Below, piece after piece: positions 42,066-53,891 of a DNA stretch of 64,000 nucleotides. The stretch's first letter is position 1. Every line of letters starts with the position of its first letter. The notes under the pieces are model-generated. The model made no database searches and had not been told where the DNA came from. It saw only the letters and a list, made by a program, of their open reading frames with translations. The stretch is from positions 124,868,001 to 124,932,000 of the forward strand of contig NC_043001.1 of the NCBI RefSeq assembly GCF_006345805.1. Reading direction: 5' to 3'. This DNA comes from Octopus sinensis (Eukaryota). The translations under genes and the position numbers were made by a program.

Positions 42066-42246
42066 ATCAGAATGAATATTTAACATTCTACTATTTCATT
42101 TTATTTTATTCAATTATAATATATTATCTTATAATATATCATTATAAGATTGTAAATAAAACGTGAAAATCAGACAAGGTTGGAATTCTTTTTATTAATA
42201 TATTCTTCTATACACAATCACACACACCCATATATATATATATATC

Positions 42247-42281
<35 letters not shown>

Positions 42282-42716
42282 GAATATATATATCATATAA
42301 TATATATATATAATATATATAATATATAATATATACAAAGCAACCTCGGTTCTCGAAAGTCTCACATGTCGAACAAATTGGTTTTCGAACAGGAAATTCG
42401 AGATGAAAATGCCTCGGTTAGAACATTGCCGAACCGAGTTAACCCGAACGGAATCATTTCTGAGTTGACCGATCACCGTGTTGTATACATTCGTGTGCTG
42501 TGCTGTGCTTTTCTTTCCCGATTTTATTGTACTGTGCCTTTTTTTTCTCTTCATTAGCCCTTAGTCATGGCTCCAAAGAAAGCTTGTAGTGAGACTGGTA
42601 AAGGAAAAAGAAATATTGTTAGAAAAACAATTGAAGTGAAGAAAGAAATCAGCTCAAAACATGAAAATGGCGTTCGTGTGTCACATCTCACTCCGCTGTA
42701 CGGTATACCTAAATCG

Positions 42717-43102
42717 GTGGAGGCGCAATGGCCCAGTGGTTAGGGCAGCGGACTCGCGGTCGTAGGATCGCGGTTTCGATTCCCAGACCGGGCGTTGTGA
42801 GTGTTTATTGAGCGAAAACACCTAAAACTCCATGAGGCTCCGGCAGGGATGGTGGTGATCCCTGCAGTACTCTTTCACCACAACTTTCTCTCACTCTTAC
42901 TTCCTGTTTCTGTTGTACCTGTATTTCAAAGGGCCGGCCTTGTCACTCTCTGTGTCACGCTGAATATCCCCGAGAACTATGTTAAGGGTACACGTGTCTG
43001 TGGAGTGCTCAGCCACTTACACGTTAATTTCACGAGCAGGCTGTTCCGCTGATCGGATCAACCGGAACCCTCATCGTCGTAACCGACGGAGTGCTTCCAT
43101 CC
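42717..43102 (+). mobile_element. SINE family B, full length, 12-bp target-site duplication
   Basis: TSD ATACCTAAATCG at 42705-42716 and 43103-43114; interrupts the Tigger ORF. Confidence 0.95.
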
Positions 43103-44049
43103 ATACCTAAATCGACAATATCTACTATTCTAAAACATAAGGAAGTGAGAAAAGCAGCTGATGTTGCAAAGGAGTGACTGTTTTTAATAAAGACGAAAGA
43201 TAATCAAAGTGGAAAAGTTATTGCTTATTTTTATAAATGAGAAACAGTTAACAGGTGACAATATCAGTGAAGCATTTATTTGAGAGAAAGCATTAGAAAT
43301 TTATAATGATCTAGTAAAGAAAACCCCTGGGTCAAGTGCTGAAAGTGATACTTTTGAATTCAAAGCTAGTAGAGGCTGGTTCGAGAAATATAAGAAGAGA
43401 ATCGAAATACACAGTGCAATTAGGTATGAGGAGGTGGCGAATTCAAACTAGGAAGCGGCTGAAAAATTTGTGATTGAGTTTAGTGACTTGATAAGGGGAT
43501 GAGGTTATCTCCCCCAGCAGGTGTTTAACAGGGATGAAATAGGATTATTTTGAAACTAATGCTAAATAAGATCTAAAAAGCGTTGCCAGGGCACAAGCTA
43601 ATGAAAGATAAATTCACTCTTTTGCTATGCGGCAAAGCAAGTGGCGATTTCAAGGTCAAGCCATTTCTTGTTTACCAATTCCGATAAACCGAGGGCTTTC
43701 AAAAGAAACAATGTTATAAAGAGTAAATTGCCTGCTATTTGGCGGGCTAATACGAAGGCTTGAGTAACCAGACAATTTTTTATTGAGAAGATTCATTAAG
43801 TTTTTGCCCCGAGTGTTAAAAAAATGTCTGTAAGAAAAAAACTTGCCACTAAAATGCCTTCTCGTGTTAGACAATGCTCCCGCTTACCTTCCAGGTTTGG
43901 AGGATGACTTAATTGAAGAGTTTGATTTTACGCAGGTCAAATACCTGCCACTTAACACAACTCCTCTAATACAACTAACAGACCAACAGATCATTGCAAA
44001 TTTTAAGAAACATTACACAAATGCCTTGTTTCAAAGTGTTTTCAAATAT

Positions 44050-44291
44050 ATCTCTTTACTCTTTTTACTCTTTTACTTGTTTCAGTCATTTGACTGCGGC
44101 CATGCTGGAGCACCGCCTTTAGTCGAGCAAATCGACCCCGGGACTTATTCTTTGTAAGCCCAATACTTATTCTATCGGTCTCTTTTTCCGAACCGCTAAG
44201 TGACGGGGACGTAAACACACCAGCATCGGTTGTCAAACAATGCCTTGGGACAAACACAGACACACAAACACACGCATACATACATATACAT

Positions 44292-44333
<42 letters not shown>

Positions 44334-44506
44334 TAAATACGACAGGCTTCTTTCAGTTTCCGTCTACCAAATCCACTCACAAGGCATTGGTCGGCCCGGG
44401 GCTATAGCAGAAGACACTTGCCCAAGATGCCACGCAGTGGGACTGAACCCGGAACCATGTGGTTGGTTAGCAAGCTACTTACCACACAGCCACTCCTGCG
44501 CCTATA
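44050..44506 (-). mobile_element. SINE family C, full length, nested in Tigger
   Basis: Matches 12739-13160. Confidence 0.9.
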
Positions 44507-45270
44507 TCACTAATGTCACTCAGTTAATTCTTGGAGAATTTTTGAAAAATCATTTCAATATCCTGAAATGTGTTAACCTTATCGATAATGCATAGAACCA
44601 TGTGAGTTACAGAATCATGAATTCAGCATGGAGGAAACTTTGGCTAAACTGTGTACCAGAACGAGACTTTGAGAGGTTTGAGACAGCTACAAGTTCTGCT
44701 GCTGTCGAGGAAATTGCTTTTGTTGATGATTTGTCTCTATGGGAACAACAATGGGTTTGGATGTCGACAATGAAGATATAGAAGAGCTGGTGGAAGACCT
44801 TGGTACTGAGCTTACCACCGAAGAACTTGTACACTTTCAAAATGAACAGCAAAAGACTTTGGCTGAGGAAATGTCTTCTGAGGAGGAAGAAGGAAAGAAG
44901 GATGTCCCAACTTCTTTAATCAAAGGAATTTGTGGTAAGTGGGGTTGATGTGCAAGGCTTTGTGGGAAAATAACACCCTGATACAGTGGTAGCAAATAGA
45001 GCAGTGAACTTTTTCAATGACAATGTCATGTCTCATTTTAGAAAAGAACTTTACAATGCAGGCAAAAACGACAAACATTGGAGAGGTTTTTACTGAAAGA
45101 AAAGAGAAAAGAAACCCCAGAGAAAGATTTACCTGGGCCAAAGAGACAGCGAAGGGAAGAAAACCCTGAAAGACAGTTACCAGAAATTCTTATGAAACGG
45201 GACTCCCCTTATAAACAATAACACTTTTGTGTGTCATTTATAGTTTGAATAAACGTTTTTTATACTAAAA

Positions 45271-46175
45271 CTAGCAGTATCGCCCGGCGTTGCTCGGGTT
45301 TGTAAGGGAAATAACTATATAAGCATTTTTAGAGAGTTATAGCCAAAAAGTAGCAAAAAATGCATTAAAAATGAAAAAAAAAATGATGGTAATTTTTTTT
45401 TAAAATCGTTGACTCATCGTAGACATTTTTAGAGAGTTACTTCCCTTATATAATAGCGAAAAAATGCATTGAAATGAAAAAAAATGATGGTAATTTTTTT
45501 TTAATCGTAGACTCATCGTAGACGCGCGCTAATACCCAGAAGGGTTCGATATGAATCACGACTATAAGATACCCGGTTTTGGTTAAACTGCACCGCAAAA
45601 TGTGGGAGTAGTTAGGAATCTAAATCGTAGGAGACAGACACACAACCTTACTTTTATATATAAAGACTAGCAGTATCGCCCGGCGTTGCTCGGGTTTGTA
45701 AGGGAAATAACTATATAAGCATTTTTAGAGAGTTACTTCCCTTATAGATGCCAATTCGGGCTTTCTTAGCCATTTCTATTTTGGTGTCTTCAAGCCATGA
45801 AGTCGTTGTTCTAAAAGAACGCTGGTCTCCTTGACAACGCTTTACGACGTTGATTTCCTTACACTCCCTTCCCCACAGCTTCACGAGGGATGGAAGGGGA
45901 GAAGCAAACAGGTGCAGGTGTGACCATGGACGCCAACTCTGCCGCCATCGACACACGAAAAATTATGCATTAAAATGGAATAAAAAATGATGTTAAATTA
46001 TTTTTAAAATCGTAGACTCATCGTAGACGCGCGCTAATACTCAGACGGGCTCGATATGAATCACGACTATACGATACCCGAATTTGGTTAAACTGCACCG
46101 CAAAATGTGGGAGTAGTTAGGAATCTAAATCGAAGGGGACAGACACTCACACAACTACAGTTTTATATATATAGA
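45271..46175 (-). mobile_element. Two head-to-tail non-autonomous Helitrons
   Basis: On the minus strand each copy starts TC(T/A)TATATATAAA and ends with hairpin CCCGAGCAACGCCGGG then CGATACTGCTAG; CTAG|TC junction at 45667/45666; inserted between A and T. Confidence 0.85.
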
Positions 46176-46429
46176 TATATAGTGTAAGCATGTAAATAAG
46201 CATTCATCTGGTGCTTGGAAACGAATTAATCTCTTTTACATTAATTGTAATGGTGGGGGGAATGATTCGGTTCTCGAACAATTCGGTTTTAGAACAAGCT
46301 TTCAGAACAATTTATTGTCGAGAACCGAGGATGCACTGTATGTTGTGTGTGTGTGTGTGTGTATTCTTTCAATGTTTACAAATAACACGGAAAAAGGAAT
46401 AGTTCTCAGGTACCAAAAATTCACACAAG

Positions 46430-48050
46430 TACCAAAGATGTAACAGCCTACTTACAAAGGTGGAAACCCCAGGTTTAGGTGAAATGTTTTTGAATAATAT
46501 AGATAAATAAATAAATATAGTTAAACGCAGGTGTTATTCAAATCTTTTTACTTCCGACATATGTTTCGAAGAAAACATTGGTATTATTCCAGAAGGAATA
46601 AAATGGTGTAAAACAATCTAATCTTCTCTTCATGGAAAGAAAGAAACCAAACACATCAATATGACATTTTAACAGAATGTTATGGCTGCGTATATGATGA
46701 CGGGAACGCCAGCAAGTTTTTTTTAAGCCGTTAGTAGATATAACGTCAAAGGTAGTTTATAGAAAGAGAAGGAGGAGAAAGAAAGAAATTATCAGAAAAC
46801 TAATAGTGAAGAGATATAGAGCGATAGATGAATAGGAATAAAGCTTAAAGGCTTGGAAGTAGATATATTTAGGGGAAGTAAAATGTAAGAAGTCAGTCAA
46901 AGGTCGAATTTTATAGATGGTAGAAATTACTTATAGGAACTAAAGGTATGTTTTTGCCAATGTTTGCAAGGATAAACGCGTTCTATAAACGTGCTTACAA
47001 GATTCTCTGAAAACAGGATGAAATGCATTTCATTGTTACAAACCGGACAAAAAGATTTACCCTTATCATACGGAAAATATATAGATAGAATATTCCATTC
47101 CAAATCAAATCGTTTATTATGATCCAAATTAATTTACTAAGCCCATTATTGTTACGTTTATTGATATGTCTAAATGTAGAGTAATGATTAGATATTCTTT
47201 TGAGATGAAGAACTACCTATATAAAAAAAGACGTCAGAACTGGAAGTAATTTTACATTGATAGAGTTTCTAGTCTTAGAATTACTGCTAAGGAAACTAAT
47301 GTGATTGGAATCAACACCAGAAGCACTAACACCGCTGCTATTGTTATTCAAAGAATGGTTAGTGTTAACAAAATCTATGTTACTATTTTCATTGAGTGGA
47401 TTTGTATTTGACAACTTATTGTTATGCGAAAAGAGGATTTGGGAAATATTCTTTGTGTTAGAAAACCCTATCCTGATTCGATGTAAATTAATAACCGAAT
47501 AGTATCTTGAATTTCTTGAATTTCTTGGGAAATTCTTTACTATAGCTTCACGAAACTGGTAAGTAAGGTGGTTCGATTTGATCTGCTTACCATATGGAAT
47601 TACTAACCGAACAGTTTTGCTAGAACATACTTTGTTATTAGGGTAATTGTCTTTAAAAGTCCTCGATGTACCTTTATAACGAAAAAAGGGTCTTAAATAT
47701 CTGTTATCTCCCTTATGCTGCAAAATTACATTACTCGATTTGGTGTTGTTATTCGAAATAAAATTAGTATTGTTAATGTTGTTATGACTTTATTTTATGT
47801 TTGTATGTTCACTTTGTGTATTGCATGTTTGTTTATTTCTTATTTGCTTGTTCATTTTGTGTCATACTTGATGCCTTGTTCGATTGATCTCCATTTCCAG
47901 GCAACTTCTTACTGCCAGCACCACCTGAAGGGAACAATATTATCGTTGAAAGCGCGACATTAAGTTTCATACTCAGGCTGATAACTGATGAAAATTTGGT
48001 GACCTTCTGTATCTGTTTTCCGTTTGTTTGTGAATTTATTATGTTTTTAA
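46430..48050 (-). mobile_element. Naiad/Chlamys-type PLE derivative: linker and GIY-YIG endonuclease, no recognisable RT
   Basis: RLVIPYG..IVKNFP..IRIGFSNTKNISQILFSHNNKL linker; YQCKI..FYIGSS, KRISNHYSTF..LSKLIW, EWNIL..PY..FCPVCNNE..PCKH; about 3 frameshifts; 3' hammerhead. Confidence 0.75.
46552..46637 (-). ncRNA. Hammerhead motif, C3A core variant (probably inactive)
   Basis: UUCC-AUGAAGA-GAAGA..UCUUC-GAAA-CAUAUG-UC-GGAA. Confidence 0.6.
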
Positions 48051-48086
48051 CTTATATATATATATATATATTATATAATATAAATA

Positions 48087-48183
<97 letters not shown>

Positions 48184-48532
48184 ATGCATATATACATACG
48201 TATATGTACATACATCTATACATGTATATATATGCATATGTGGGCACAGGACGTCATGAAACTTGTACAACAAAAAAGTACGAAGCACGAGTACATAGAA
48301 CATGAGCTATTCTTTCGAACAACGAAAGACACACATGGAAAAGAAAACAAACAACATAAAGAACGAACCTTCATCAGTTGGTGGCTGTTTTTCTAGTCTC
48401 GTATTTCGAGCATTTAACAACAATATGCGCTTTCGATAAAACAGTGTCCCGTAAAGCAAATTAAATAAAATTTGGTATTTTGCGGAGGGTAACGCCATCG
48501 TCTTCCAAGTGTATATGTGTGTGTGTGTGTGA

Positions 48533-48580
<48 letters not shown>

Positions 48581-48585
<5 letters not shown>

Positions 48586-49199
48586 TTAGAGGACTGACCA
48601 CTAAAAGTGGACAGCCTGTATGCTAGATATAGACGTCAAAATCTCTATTTTCCACGAAGAATGTGTTCTCAAGAAAAAATTCAGCAAGAATCCAAAGTGT
48701 AAAAATAAACATGACAAATGAAAATATACCAAATATAAAACGATTACCTATGTACTAATTAGTTTCACTTGTTAATATTTACGTATATGAATACGTAAAC
48801 ATCTGCAAGATCATCAGCATAGTCTGTCGTTTACGAAACACAAGTTCCAGAACTACATACAGAACGCTCGACCGAAATCCAGCATGTATAAAGTTCCACA
48901 AATTATATTTATGTGTATCTTTCAAATGCCTTCACTTTGGCGCGCTGAGATCGGAAATTACCCTGCTGTTAATAAACTACAGCAGTCAATTTACCGGCTA
49001 GAGAACATTTTTTATTTAAAATTAAATAGGGGTAGAAATTGATATTAATCAATTAAAACCAGTGGTCTAGCATATTTTAAAAAAATCCGATGATTAAACA
49101 TTTTTACAGACAAAATTTAGAGGATGACCACTAAAAGTGGACAGCCTGTATGTTAGATATAGACGTCAAAATCGCCATTTTCCACGAAGAATGTGTTCT
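48581..49199. repeat. ~90-bp direct repeats 530 bp apart enclosing a hammerhead (PLE pLTR or retrozyme-like unit)
   Basis: CCACTAAAAGTGGACAGCCTGTATG..AGATATAGACGTCAAAATC..TTTTCCACGAAGAATGTGTTCT at ~48581-48669 and ~49111-49199. Confidence 0.8.
48748..48822 (-). ncRNA. Type I hammerhead ribozyme motif, intact core
   Basis: CUAUG-CUGAUGA-U-CUUG..12-bp stem..CAAG-U-GAAA-CUAAUUAG-UA-CAUAG. Confidence 0.85.
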
Positions 49200-49314
49200 G
49201 GAAATTATATACATGTATTATATATTATGAAATTTGATTTAAAATTGTTAAATTGAATTTTTCCCTTTAAGTTTTGGAATTATATTCCTTACTATTATAT
49301 ATATATACATAATA

Positions 49315-49346
<32 letters not shown>

Positions 49347-49349
49347 ATA

Positions 49350-49690
49350 AAATATTAGGGAATAAATCCAAACTTACAGGGAAAAGTCAGATTTAGGATT
49401 AAATCCAATTTTATAGTAAAATATTATATTATATTAAGTTAGAGATAAAACCACTATTAGGCAAATCAAACAATGAAAAACATAAACTAATACATAAAAT
49501 TAATTAATTTATATTATTTTAAATATATATCAAAAATTAAAAGTTTAATAAAAGATATCTTTTATTAACTTTTAATAATTTTGATATATATTTAAAATAT
49601 ATAAATTAATTAATTTTATGTATTAGTTTATGTTTTTCATTGTTTGATTTGCCTAATAGGGTTTTATCTCTAATTTAATAAATATAATAT
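49350..49690. mobile_element. AT-rich fold-back element (leader plus ~265-bp palindrome centred on GATATC at 49554)
   Basis: Arms ATAAAACCACTATTAGGCAAATCAAACAATGAAAAAC and inverse; second copy 61118-61442; leader-only copies near 12325, 22835 and 22988. Confidence 0.85.
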
Positions 49691-49917
49691 ATTATATATA
49701 TATATTAATATATATATATATATATTATATATATATATACGACGGACTTCTTTCAGCTTCTGTCTACCCATCCACTCACAAAGCTTTGGTCGGCCCGAGG
49801 CTATAGCAGAAGACACTTGCCCAGGATGCCACGCAGTAGGACTGAACCCGGAACCATGTCGTTGGGAAGCAAGCTTCTTACCATACAGCCACTCGTGCGT
49901 TTTCCAGTGTATGTTGG

Positions 49918-50735
49918 TATTATTATTTCTTTTTAACTCAAGGTTTGTTGGAACTCATGGAATCTTGCACGCGAAGCGGGTTTGCTACTTGCGGCCTACG
50001 GTACTATACTACCTGTGCTTTTCAATTATCTTATACTTTTCTGATTATTCTAGCCGTGCCAAAGAGGTAAACATTTTGTAACAGTTCAATTTGGTACTCT
50101 ATTCCGATTTCCTTTGTATATCTCTTGATGCCTTCTGATACTGTCCCAAAGGACCCAACAATAATTAGAACTATCTTCACATTTTTCATTTTCCATACCC
50201 AGGCTATTTCGAACTTAAGAGAGTTGTATTTATCTTCTTCTTTTTTTCGCCTTCCTTCTTGACTATTCGTGGGTCAAAGGGGTATGCAACATCAACTATA
50301 CCACCACTAGGTCCGGTCTGTTAAACTCTAACACTTGATCTATTTGGATTGGGAAGTCCCAGAGGATTTCACAAGCCTCCGGCCCTTCCATTCTCTGCGG
50401 TTTGTGTTCATACTATATCTTGCCTCTCTCTAGCCCCCACTCTTCGTAGTTTCCAATGTAGCACTTTTGCTACCTTATCCTGTCACCACAACTTGTAGTG
50501 GTTTGGGGCAAGTGTAGAGTATTTGTTCGTGATATGAGCAATGGTCTCGTCCACTCTATTACAGATGCGACACGGCAGAGACACTTTGTCATTCCCAAGA
50601 TTGACCCTACAGTTCGTGGCCAAAGCTTGGGGCGGTAGTTTTCAGAATAGATAGATCGTCGGACAAAATGCAATTTGTTCCATTCCTTTACGTTCTCAAT
50701 TACAATTCTGATATGGTCAACCGTGCCTGTCATTT
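49918..50735 (-). mobile_element. 3' end of an R4/Dong-clade non-LTR retrotransposon (restriction-like endonuclease)
   Basis: CRICNRVDETIAHI zinc knuckle, DKVAKVLHWKL, ILWDFPIQ, NRPDLVV..DVA (PD-D/ExK), FGTARIIRKV; ends in ATAATAATA. Confidence 0.85.
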
Positions 50736-51096
50736 TCTTCGGGATCGATAAAATAGAGTACCAGCCTAGTACTAAGATTGGTGGTAGTGACTAAACTCAG
50801 AACTCATGTTATTATGCCTCAATTTAAACCATTCTTTGAATGTATGTGATCTGGATAACAATAATTTCAGCATTCCTGACACATATACCACCACCATCGC
50901 CTTTACTATAGTTATTAGCACCAACTTCTCGTTCTTACTGTATCAAGTGTTATTGTATATTCAGAAAATGGCGTCCGTTTCTCACTCAGTTCCACCAACA
51001 CACACACACTCGTTTTCTTTCTCTTTTTCTCTATCTCTCTCTCTCTCCCTCAGTTTCTTTATTTCACTCATTCATTCTCTCTCTCTTTCATGCCTG

Positions 51097-51144
<48 letters not shown>

Positions 51145-51269
51145 CTTTGTATATATGAGTGTGTGTGTTTGTGCGTGTTTGTGTGTGTATGTAGACATAT
51201 TGATTGATAGATAGATAGATATGTACATATATATAGACATACATACACACGCATATATATGTATATATG

Positions 51270-51302
<33 letters not shown>

Positions 51303-51336
51303 GTATATATGTATGTATGTATATATATTATATAAT

Positions 51337-51367
<31 letters not shown>

Positions 51368-51488
51368 TATATATACAGAGAGAGAGAGGGTGGAGAGAGA
51401 GATACGTACATGTAGATATATATTTTATAGACATGCACACACGCGCATACATGGACATATGATACTAGAGAGAGAGAGGGGAAGAGAG

Positions 51489-51519
<31 letters not shown>

Positions 51520-52717
51520 CATATATACGTATATATATGCATGTATGTATGGATACATATATGTGTGAGTATGTACGTACGTATCTATGTATCTATCTAT
51601 TTCTATCGCTTTCTTTCACATACTTGTAAACATGCGAACCCGTACATACCTATTCAGAGGCTCGTAAACGAGCGCGTGCACACACATGCACACACAGACA
51701 CACACAGACACACACATACACAAACGCGCGACACACACACACGCACGTACACTCATATACACATATACACACACTTCTGTGAAGATATCAAATGTAGGCG
51801 TCCATTTTAAAGTGAAAACAGAATCTCTCCGCGTGACAAATATTCAATTTACTACAATAATTCGACAAAGCTTTTGCCGTTATTAACAATACAAATCCGT
51901 CAACTTTCACTCTTTGTTAAATTGAAATCCAAACATCTTCAATTTATTCTCTTTCTCCCTCCATTTATGCTTTTGTTTTTGTTGTTTTAGTTTGTTTTGT
52001 TTTGTTTTTTTTATTCTTCTTAACAATTTTTAGCAATTAACTAAAGCAAGCTAATTTGCTATTTCCACAATTGTATTTCGAAGAAATATTATTTTGCACA
52101 TTAGAATATCCTAGATTAGTTTGTCTTGAAACAAATCATCTTCAATTTACAGATATGTTTAGTCTTTTGTTTTTTTATTGTTTTCGAGGGAAAGGAATGG
52201 CTCTGTTTGTTTTTGTTATTTGTCTTTTAGTTGGGAAGGGTGTTATACTTCCGGTATTGAAACAAATTTTACTTCGAATTTAAGTTACACACTTTTTTTT
52301 TTGTATAGTAATAGTCTTAGAAAAATGCTGTTGTCATGTACAGAATAGTTATAACAACGGATAGAATGCGTTGCAATATTTGCTCAGGTTCCTCCCTCCT
52401 CCCCGCCCCACTCTGAGTTCGAATCCCACTGGATATCGGTAACTGGAGTTCTAATCCTGGTTTAAAATTGTGTGAGTCAAGAAGGGGCTCGTATCTGATC
52501 GTAATTATTCGAGCACCTGGAATAAATTACGAAGGTATATGTATATGTGACTCTGTGTGTGTGTGTATGTGTGTCTGTGTGTGTGATTGTGTGTACGTGT
52601 AAAATTAGATTACATTACAAAGTAATACACAAATAAAATAGGCTAAAATAAAATAAGCTACAACATCCTGGCATACACATATATATGTATGTATGCGTGT
52701 GTATGTGTATATATATA

Positions 52718-52923
52718 ACGGGAAAGTTTACGAAAATAACCAAAAGACGAAGGCAGGTGGAGTACAAACAAACAAATGTATTAGTATAGCGCTCAGGAAT
52801 AGAAATAGAAAAAGTCTTTTACGTTTCGAGCCTACGCTCTTCGACAGAAAGATACACAGAAAAAAAATAAGGAGAGAAACAAGGAGAGAAAAAAAATGCG
52901 TGTAGGAGCTAACGATCTATCAT
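52718..52923 (-). mobile_element. Second copy of hammerhead mini-element
   Basis: Matches 33943-34135; flanked by (TA)n. Confidence 0.75.
52815..52852 (-). ncRNA. Minimal hammerhead motif, CUGUCGA variant
   Basis: UCUUU-CUGUCGA-A-GAGC(GUAG)GCUC-GAAA-CG-UA-AAAGA. Confidence 0.6.
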
Positions 52924-53808
52924 ATATATATATATACATGCAAACACACATATATATATACATACACCACACCACACACACACGTACCCCACCATGGTCA
53001 CAGTCTAATGATTGAAACAAGTAAAAGATAAAAAATAAATACAATGAAACTGTGACGCAAGAAGACAACAACAGAATGTACGGAATAACAGAAACACATA
53101 ATGGATGTGGACATACTCGACTCTTCAGCCGTTATCGACCAAATGTCACTAGGATTTCGACACCTAATGTGTTTGTGTACATTAGTGAATAGGCGCGGGT
53201 GTGTGGAAGCAGGTACAGACAAGTGGTTAACAAATTCGCTACCCATTCAGTTGAAAGTGAGATTAGTTTGATATGAACTGTAGAAACCCGTTGGTTGGAC
53301 TGTCTGACCTTATTACACAGTCTCGTGCTGATTCTGTCCGAGAAATGCGATATAGGTATACCTGCTTTGGCACACTCAGCCATTATAATTCAATAGTTAG
53401 ATAGTTCAATTATAATTCAATAGTTAGATAGTTCAATTGATCGAACAAATGGAATACTCGTTGTCATAGCTGACAGAAACCCTTTACTTTACATAAATAT
53501 GTGCGTGTAAGTATGCATGTACATATGTTTGTTGGGGGAGGCACCGCCTTTTACTCGAACGAGTCCTCCGCTACTTTTTTTTTTTTTTAATCTGATACTT
53601 ATTCTATCCGTTTCTTGTGCCAAACTACTAAATTATACGGACTTAAACAAACCAACGCCTGTTGCGAAGCCGATAGAGAACGTAAACAAAACTGCAAAAA
53701 AACACATTTACACACACACACATATGTATATTTATATATGTATATATATGTGTGTGTGTGTATAAATGAAAGAATGGAGTTGAACGACAAATTAACAAAT
53801 TTCCTTTA

Positions 53809-53891
53809 TTTTCGACATATGTTTCGAAGGCTGCATATTCCTAATTGTGAAGGAATAAGGAGTACATTATGCCGCTTTCTCATCAGGAAAA
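53809..53891 (-). ncRNA. Type I hammerhead ribozyme motif, fully canonical
   Basis: UUUUC-CUGAUGA-GAAAGC..GCCUUC-GAAA-CAUAUG-UC-GAAAA; G10.1-C11.1 pair, GUC triplet. Confidence 0.88.

Larger units (their letters stand above)
39642..42203 (+). mobile_element. Penelope-like element (Neptune-type), 5'-truncated, right arm of palindrome
   Basis: As left arm; the 3' non-coding repeat has CCAATCAG boxes, a TATTTATAG motif and a hammerhead. Confidence 0.95.
42336..46338 (+). mobile_element. Tigger/pogo DNA transposon with three nested insertions
   Basis: TA-flanked TIRs CAAAGCAACCTCGGTTCTCGA and inverse of CAGTGCATCCTCGGTTCTCGA; ATG 42567 MAPKK..TIEVKKEI (CENP-B-like), FKASRGWFEK, LLVLDNAPA..YLPLNTTPLIQLTDQQIIANFK (DDE_1). 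Confidence 0.9.

Noticed and set aside
37052-42203. Palindrome as a pure long-read fold-back artefact
   Set aside because: Not favoured, because mirroring stops exactly at the element's 3' end and the outer flanks are unrelated; not fully excluded without reads.
42717-42795. SINE B head as a genuine tRNA gene
   Set aside because: A and B boxes are present but I could not fold a proper acceptor stem; it continues into a repeated body and has a TSD.
46927-47300. Selenocysteine recoding in the Naiad-type endonuclease
   Set aside because: Some Naiads use UGA-Sec, but I found no in-frame TGA at Cys positions here; the interruptions are frameshifts.
49357-49362. TTAGGG at the start of the fold-back leader as a telomeric signal
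   Set aside because: Single hexamer, not an array; expected by chance in AT-rich DNA.
53040-53290. Short open frames in non-repetitive DNA (YNETVTQEDNNRMYG...)
   Set aside because: No splice signals or motif support; a CTGAAGA on the minus strand has no matching GAAA.
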